A stretch of 64,000 nt of DNA from Owenia fusiformis (Eukaryota): contig CAIIXF020000001.1 of the NCBI GenBank assembly GCA_903813345.2, positions 25,420,001 to 25,484,000 on the forward strand. Direction: 5' to 3'. The notes beneath the pieces are model-generated. The model was not told where the DNA came from. It made no database searches and saw nothing but the letters and a program-made list of their open reading frames with translations. How positions within the stretch are numbered: the stretch's first letter is position 1; each line of letters opens with the position of its first letter. Of the stretch, positions 63,301 to 64,000 are shown one piece after another. Both the position numbers and the translations under genes were made by a program.

Positions 63301-64000
63301 TATCTGCCGTAGTTGCGTCAGCCACTGTAGTTGTGTCAGCTACTGTTGTTGTAACATCAGCCGTTGTTGCATCAGCAACTGTTGTTGTAGCATCAGCTGC
63401 AGTTGTGTCAGCCACTGAAGTTGTAGCATCAGCTGCTGTAGTATCTGCCGTAGTTGCGTCAGCCACTGTAGTTGTGTCAGCAACTGCTGTTGTAACATCA
63501 GCCGTTGTTGCATCAGCAACTGTTGTTGTAGCATCAGCTGCAGTTGTGTCAGCCACTGTAGTTGTAGCATCAGCTGCTGTAGTATCTGCCGTAGTTGCGT
63601 CAGCCACTGTAGTTGTGTCAGCAACTGCTGTTGTAACATCAGCCGTTGTTGCATCAGCAACTGTTGTAGCATCAGCTGCAGTTGTGTCAGCCACTGTAGT
63701 TGTAGCATCAGCTGCTGTAGTATCTGCCGTAGTTGCGTCAGCCACTGTAGTTGTGTCAGCAACTGCTGTTGTAACATCAGCCGTTGTTGCATCAGCAACT
63801 GTTGTTGTAGCATCAGCTGCAGTTGTGTCAGCCACTGTAGTTGTAGCATCAGCTGCTGTAGTATCTGCCGTAGTTGCGTCAGCCACTGTAGTTGTGTCAG
63901 CAACTGCTGTTGTAACATCAGCCGTTGTTGCATCAGCAACTGTTGTTGTAGCATCAGCTGCAGTTGTGTCAGCCACTGTAGTTGTAGCATCAGCTGCTGT
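36263..64000 (-). CDS. Giant type-I transmembrane mucin-like protein (Thr/Ala/Asp/Val repeats), partial, 5' end beyond the window
   Basis: Frame open from 64000 to the TAA at 36263 (the track's start at 63976 is an internal GTG); TM FAGVVITSTVAAGGGIFIFASLCCGVCIFFI (~36569-36661), stop-transfer RKRRK, ~100-aa tail. Confidence 0.9.
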   Translation of the reverse strand, partial: TAADATTTVADTTAADATTTVADATTADVTTAVADTTTVADATTADTTAADATTTVADTTAADATTTVADATTADVTTAVADTTTVADATTADTTAADATTTVADTTAADATTVADATTADVTTAVADTTTVADATTADTTAADATTTVADTTAADATTTVADATTADVTTAVADTTTVADATTADTTAADATTSVADTTAADATTTVADATTADVTTTVADTTTVADATTADTTAADATTTVADTTAADATTTVADATTADVTTAVADTTTVADATTADTTAADATTTVADTTAADATTTVADATTADVTTAVADTTTVADATTADTTAADATSTVADTTTADATTTVADATTADVTTTVADATTADVTTAVTDTTTVADATTAYTTVADATSTVVATTTADAKTTVADATTADVTTTVADTTAADATTTVADATTADVTLTVADTTTVADATTADTTAADATTTVADTTAADATTTVADATAADVTTTVADTTTVADATTADTTAADATTIVADTTAADATTTVADATTADVTTAVADTTTVADATTADTTAADATTTVADTTAADATTTVADATTADVTLTVADTTTVADATTADTTAADATTTVAYTTAADATTTVADATAADVTTTVADTTTVADATTADTTAADATTTVADTTAADATTTVADATTADVTTAVADTTTVSDATTADTTAADATTTVADTTAADATTTVADATTADVTTAVADTTTVADATTADTTAADATTTVADTTAADATTTVADATTTDVTTTVADTTTVADATTADTTAADATTTVADTTAADATTTVADATTADVTTAVADTTTVADATMADTTAADATSTVADTTTADATTTVADATTADVTTTVADTTTVADATTADTTAADATTTVADTTAADATTTVADATTADVTTAVADTTTVADATTADTTAADATSTVADTTTADATTTVADATTADVTTTVADATTADVTTAVTDTTTVADATKADTTAADATSTVADTTTADAKTTVADATTADVTTTVADTTTVADATTADTTAADATTTVADTTAADATTTVADATTADVTTAVADTTTVADATTADTTAADATTTVADTTAADATTTVADATTADVTTAVADTTTVADATTADTTAADATSTVADTTTADAKTTVADATTADVTTAVADTTTVADATDVTTAVADTTTVADATTADTTAADATTTVADTTAADATTTVADATTADVTTAVADTTTVADATTADTTAADATTTVADTTAADATTTVADATTADVTTTVADTTTVADATTADTTAADATTTVADTTAADATTTDADATTTDVTTAVADTTTVADATTADTTAADATSTVADTTTADVTTTVADATTADVTTTVADTTTVADATTADTTAADATTTVADTTAADATTTVADATTADVTTAVADTTTVADATTADTTAADATTTVADTTAADATTVADATTADVTTAVADTTTVADATTADTTAADATTTVADTTAADATTTVADATTAEVTTAVADTTTVADATTADTTAADSTTSVADTTAADATTTVADATTADVTTTVADTTTVADATTEDTTAADATTTVADTTAADATTTLADATTADVTTAVADTTTVADATTADTTAADATNTVADTTTADATTTVADVTTADVTTTVADTTTVADATTADTTAADATTTVADTTAADATTTVADATTADVTTAVADTTTVADAITADTTAADATSTVADTTTADATTTVADATTADVTTTVADTTTVADATTADTTAADATTTVADTTAADATTTVADATTADVTTAVADTTTVADATTADTTAADATTTVADTTAADATTTVADATTADVTTAVADTTTVADATTADTTAADATTTVADTTAADATTTVADATTADVTTAVADTTTVADATTADTTAADATSTVADTTTADATTTVADALTADVTTTVADATTADVTTAVTDTTTVADATTADTTVADATSTVAATTTADAKATVADATTVDVTTTVADTTAADATTTVADATTADVTLTVADTTTVADATTADTTAADATTTVADTTAADATTTVADATAADVTTTVADTTTVADATTADTTAADATTTVADTTAADATTTVADATTADVTTAVADTTTVADANTADTTAADATTTVADTTAADATTTVADATTADVTLTVADTTTVADATTADTTAADATTTVAYTTAADATTTVADATTADVTLTVADTTTVADATTADTTAADATSTVADTTTADATTTVADATTADVTTTVADATTADVTTAVTDTTTVADATTADTTVADATSTVAATTTADAKTTVADATTADVTTTVADTTAADATTTVGDATTADVTLTVADTTTVADATTADTTAADATTTVADTTAADATTTVADATAADVTTTVADTTTVADATAAAADATTTVADATTADVTLTVADTTTVADATTADTTAADATTTVANTTAADATTTVADATAADVTTTVADTTTVADATTADTTAADATTTVADTTAADATTTVADATTADVTTAVADTTTVSDATTADTTAADATTTVADTTAADATTTVADATTADVTTAVADTTTVADATTADTTAADATTTVADTTAADATTTVADATTTDDTTTVADTTTVADPTMADTTAADATTTVVDTTAADATTTVADATTADVTTAVADTTTVADATTADTTAAGATSTVADTTTADATTTVAGATTADVTTTVADTTTVADATTADTTAADATTTVADTTAADATTTVADATTADVTTAVADTTTVADATTADTTAADATTTVADTTAADATTVADATTADVTTAVADTTTVADATTVDTTAADATTTVADTTAADATTTVADATTADVTTAVADTTTVADATTADTTAADSTTSVADTTAADATTTVADATTADVTTTVADTTTVADATTADTTAADATTTVADTTAADATTTVADATTADVTTAVADTTTVADATTADTTAADATTTVADTTAADATTTVADATTADVTTAVTDTTTVADATTADTTAADATSTVADTTTADAKTTVADATTADVTTAVADTTTVADATDVTTAVADTTTVADATTADTTAADATSTVADTTAADATTTVADATTADVTTAVTDTTAVADTTTVADATTADTTAADATTTLADTTAADATTTVADATTADVTTTVADTTTVADATTEDTTAADATTTVADTTAADATTTVADATTADVTTAVADTTTVADATTADTTASDATNTVADTTTADATTTVADVTTADVTTTVADTTTVADATTADTTATDATTTVADTTAADATTTVADATTADVTTAVADTTTVADATTADTTAADATSTVADTTTADATTTVADATTADVTTTVADTTTVADATTADTTVADATSTVAATTTADAKTTVADATTADVTTTVADTTTVADATTADTTAADATSTVADTTAADATTTVADATTADVTTAVADTTTVADATTADTTAADATTTVADTTAADATTTVADATTADVTTTVADTTTVADATTEDTTAADATTTVADTTAADATTTVADATTADVTTAVADTTTVADATTADTTAADATNTVADTTTADATTTVADVTTADVTTTVADTTTVADATTADTTAADATTTVAYTTAADATTTVADATAADVTTTVADTTTVADATTADTTAADATITVADTTAADATTTVADATMADVTTAVADTTTVADATTADTTAADATSTVADTTTADATTTVADATTADVTTTVADTTTVADTTTADTTAADATTTVADTTAADVTTTVADATTADATTTVADVTTADATTTVADPTAADATTTVADATTADVTTTVADTTTVADATTEDTTAADATTKVADTTAADATTTVADATTADVTTAVADTTTVADATTADTTAADATNTVADTTTADATTTVADVTTADVTTTVADTTTVADATTADTTAADATTTVADTTAADATTTVADATTADVTTAVADTTTVADATTADTTAADATSTVADTTTADATTTVADATTADVTTTVADTTTVADAATADTTAADATTTVADTTAADATTTVADATTADVTTAVADTTTVADATDVTKAVADTTTVADATTADTTAADATTTVADTTAADATTTVADATTADVTTVVADTTTVADATTADTTVADATTTVADTTAADATTTVADATTADVTTAVADTTTVADATTADTTAADATTTVADTTAADATTTVADATTADVTTAVADTTTVADATTADTTAADATTTVADTTAADATTTVADATTADVTTTVADTTTVADATTADTTAADATTTVADTSAADATTTVADAITADVTTAVPDTTTVADATTADTSAADATTTVADTTAADATTTVADATTADVTLTVADTTTVADATTADTTAADATTTVADTTAADATTTVADATAADVRTTVADTTTVADATTADTTAADATTTVADPTAADATTTVADATTADVTTTVADTTTVADATTEDTTAADATSTVADTTTADAKTTVADATTADVTTAVADTTTVADATTADTTAADATTTVADTTAADATTTVADATTADVTTAVTDTTTVADATPADTTAADATSTVADTTTADAKTTVADATTADVTTAVADTTTVADATDVTTAVADTTTVADATTADTTAADATTTVADTTAADATTTVADATTADVTTAVTDTTTVADATTADTTAADATSTVADTTAADATTTVADATTADVTTAVADTTAVADTTTVADATTADTTAADATTTLADTTAADATTVADATTADVTTAVADTTTVADATTADTTAADATTTVADTTAADATTTVADATTADVTTAVADTTTVADATTADTTAADATTSVADTTAADATTTVADATTADVTTTVADTTTVADATTEDTTAADATTTVADTTAADATTTVADATTADVTTAVADTTTVADATTADTTASDATNTVADTTTADATTTVADVTTADVRTTVADTTTVADATTADTTAADATTTVAEPTAADATTTVADATTADVTTTVADTTTVADATTEDTTAADATTTVADTTAADATTTVADATTADVTTAVADTTTVADATTADTTAADATNTVADTTTADATTTVADVTTADVTTTVADTTTVADATTADTTAADATTTVADTTAADATTTVADATTADVTTAVADTTTVADATTADTTAADATSTVADTTTADATTTVADATTADVTTTVADTTTVADAATADTTAADATTTVADTTAADATTTVADATTADVTTAVADTTTVADATDVTKAVADTTTVADATTADTTAADATTTVADTTAADATTTVADATTADVTTAVADTTTVADATTADTTVADATTTVADTTAADATTTVADATTADVTTAVADTTTVADATTADTTAADATTTVADTTAADATTTVADATTADVTTAVADTTTVADATTADTTAADATTTVADTTAADATTTVADATTADVTTTVADTTTVADATTADTTAADATTTVADTSAADATTTVADATTADVTTAVSDTTTVADATTADTSAADATTTVADATAADVRTTVADTTTVADATTADTTAADATTTVADPTAADATTTVADATTADVTTTVADTTTVADATTEDTTAADATSTVADTTTADATTTVADATTADVTTTVADTTTVADAATADTTAADATTTVADTTAADATTTVADATTADVTTAVADTTTVADATDVTKAVADTTTVADATTADTAAADATTTVADTTAADATTTVADATTADVTTAVADTTTVADATTADTTVADATTTVADTTAADATTTVADATTADVTTAVADTTTVADATTADTTAADATTTVADTTAADATTTVADATTADVTTAVADTTTVADATTADTTAADATTTVADTTAADATTTVADATTADVTTTVADTTTVADATTADTTAADATTTVADTSAADATTTVADATTADVTTAVSDTTTVADATTADTSAADATTTVADTAAADATTTVADATTADVTLTVADTTTVADATTADTTTADATTTVADTTAADATTTVADATAADVRTTVADTTTVADATTADTTAADATTTVADPTAADATTTVADATTADVTTTVADTTTVADATTEDTTAADATTTVADTTAADATTTVADATTADVKTAVADTTTVADATTADTTAADATNTVADTTTADATTTVSDVTTADVTTTVADTTTVADATTADITAADATSTVADTTTADATTTVADATTADVTTTVADTTTVADAATADTTAADATTTVADTTAADATTTVADATTADTTAAGATTTVADTTAADATTTVVDATAADVTTAVADTTTVADATTADTTAADATTTVADTTAADATTTVADATTADVTTAVADTTTVADATTADTTAADATTTVADTTAADATTTVADATTADVTTAVADTTTVADATTADTTAADATTTVADTTAADAITTVADATTADVTTTVADTTTVADATTADTTAADATTTVADTSAADATTTVADATTADVTTAVSDTTTVADATTADTSAADATTTVADTAAADATTTVADATTADVTLTVADTTTVADATTADTTAADATTTVADTTTADATTTVADATAADVTTTVADTTTVADATTADTTAADATTTVADTNAADATTTVADATTADVTTAVADTTTVADATTADTTAADATSTVADTTTADTTTTVADATTADVTTTVADTTTVADATTADTTAADATTTVADTTAADATTTVADATTADVTLTVADTTTVADATTADTTAADATTTVADTTAADATTTVADATTADVTTAVADTTTVADATTADTTAADATTSVADTTVADATTTVADATTADVTTTVADTTTVADATTADTTAADATTTVADTTAADATTTVADASTADVKTAVVDTTTVADATTADATAADATSTVADTTTADATTTVSDATTADVTTTVADTTTVADATTADTTAADATTTVADTTAADGTTTVADATTADVTTAVADTTTVADATTADTTAADATSTVADTTTADATTTVADATTADVTTTVADTSTVADATTADTTAADATTTVADTTAADATTTVADATTADVTTAVADTTTVADATDVTTAVADTTTVADATTADTTAADATTTVADTSAADATTTVADATTVDVTTAVADTTTVADATTADTTAADATTTVADTTAADATTTVADATTADVTTAVADTTTVADATTADTTAADATTTVADTTAADATTTVADATTADVTTAVADTTTVADATTEDTTAADATTTVADTTAADATTTVADATTADVTTAVADTTTVADATTADTTTADATSTVADTTTADATITVADATKADVTTTVADTTTVADATTADTTAADATTTVADTTTADATTTVADATTADVTTTVADTTTVADATTADTTATTADVTTAVADTTTVADATTADTTAADATSTVADTTTADATTTVADATTADVTTTVADTTTVADATTADTTAADATTTVADTTTADATTAVSDATTAHVTTTVADTTTVADATTADTTAADATTTVADATAADATTTVADATTADVTTAVADTTSVADATTADTTAADATSTVADTTTADATTTVADATTADVTTTVADTTTVADATTADTTAADATTTVADTTAADATTTVADATTADVTTAVADTTTVADATTADTTAADATSTVADTTTADATTTVADATTADTTAADATTTVADATTADVTTAVADTTTVADATTADTTAADATSTVADTTTADATTTVADATTADTTAADATTTVADATAADATTTVADATTADVTTAVADTTSVADATTADTTAADATSTVADTTTADATTTVADATTADVTTTVADTTTVADATTADTTAADATTTVADTTAADATTTVADATTADVTTAVADTTTVADATTADTTAADATSTVADTTTADAATTVADATTADVTTTVPDTTTVADATTADTTAADATTTVADTTAADATTTVADATTADVTTAVADTATVADATTADTTAADATSTVADTTTADATTTVADPTKADVTTTVPDTTTVADATTADTTAADATTTVADTTTADATTTVADATTADTTAADATSTVADTTTADATTTVADATTADVTTTVADTTTVADATTADTTAADATTSVADTTVADATTTVADATTADVTTTVADTTTVADTTTADATTTVADATTADTTAADATSTVADTTTADATTTVADATTADVTTTVADTTTVADATTADTTAADATTSVADTTVADATTTVADATTADVTTTVADTTTVADATTEDTTAADATTTVADTTAADATTADTTTADVTTAVADTTTVADASTADTTAADATTTVADTTAADATTTVADATTADVTTSVADTTTVADATTADTTAADATTTVADTTAADATTTVADATTADVTTKVADTTTVADTTAADATTTVADATTADVTTAVADTTTVADTTTADTTAADVTSTVADTTTADATATVADATTADVTTTVADTTTVADATTADTTAADASTTVADTTAADAKTTVADATTADVTTAVADTTTVADATTADTTAADATSTVADTTTADATTTVADATTADVTTAVADTTTVADATTADVTSTVADATTADVTTAVADTTTVADATTADTTAAADATSTVADTTTTDATTTVADATTADVTTTVADTTTADTTAADATTTVADATTADVTTAVVDTTTVADATTADTTAADARTTVADTTTADATTTVADATTADVTTTVADTTTVADATTADTTAADATTTVADTTAADATATVADATTADVTTAVADTTTVADATTADTTAADATSTVADTTTADATTTVADATTADVTTTVADTTTVADATTADTTAADATTTVADTTAADATTTVADATTADVTTAVADTTTVADATTADTTAADATSTVADTTTADATTTVADATTADVTTTVADTTTVADATTADNTAADATTTEADTTTADATTTVADATMADVTTTVAATTTVADATTADNTAADATTTVADTTTADATTTVADATTADVTTTVAATITVADATTADNTAADATSTVADTTTADATTTVADATTADVKTTVADTTSVADATTADTTAADATSTVADTTTADVTTTVVDTTTMADATTADTTAADATSTVADTTTADATKTVADATTADVKTTVADTTSVADPTTADTTAADATTTVADTTAADATTTAADATTADTKSTVTDTTTVVNTTTADASNTVDNGSTVNTTTVLDITSSVPTTAANTTTAVEFPDSPDAGITDEFAGVVITSTVAAGGGIFIFASLCCGVCIFFIRKRRKHENEEVIIYENFYHSWEESGGYSEYESTTESSDSSIEWNPESYPIPTGPFAVQFPSSVDLPFSQPLQSDNTASLWESENTTLDYIVEDYAIVDHDV
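36850..64000 (-). repeat. Coding minisatellite, 141-bp/47-aa unit ADTTA-ADATTTV-ADATT-ADVTTAV-ADTTTV-ADATT-ADTTA-ADATTTV
   Basis: Visible periodicity; alternative-frame ORFs recur at multiples of 141 (e.g. 48598/48880). Confidence 0.97.

Noticed and set aside
36850-64000. Antifreeze glycoprotein resemblance (Thr/Ala-rich)
   Set aside because: It lacks the (Ala-Ala-Thr)n tripeptide periodicity, is Asp/Val-rich and is membrane anchored.

Overview
AT-rich animal genomic DNA, probably from a lophotrochozoan-type invertebrate, with spliceosomal GT-AG introns. (1) 1-20.9 kb: a minus-strand mosaic secreted/surface gene that I could splice in frame across 17 exons. Its domain order is signal peptide - CBM14-like - 18-nt micro-exon - PAN/apple - C-type lectin - EGF - galactose-binding-like lectin - sushi - at least 6 EGF, and it runs off the left edge. 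Three EGF exons sit in an apparently identical 2,206-bp tandem duplication. An 8.4-kb foldback-type element (12349-20767; ~780-bp TIRs, 4-bp TSD CTGC, 11 ATAGAAATTTCTAT palindromes per arm) sits exactly at the end of the signal-peptide exon and separates it from its splice donor. (2) 21-34 kb: nested transposons, including CAC-ended elements with 5-bp TSDs (Transib-like), two P-element-style excision footprints, a 5'-truncated L1/Tx1 LINE with TSD and poly(A), Academ-like remnants, and a Harbinger whose MADF ORF is split by an Academ-like MITE. (3) 36.3-64 kb: one uninterrupted minus-strand ORF of more than 27.7 kb (at least 9,245 codons, 5' end outside the window). It encodes a giant acidic Thr/Ala/Asp/Val mucin-like protein built from a 47-aa repeat, followed by one transmembrane helix and a Tyr-rich tail. 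Decayed tandem copies of its last ~33 codons follow the stop.
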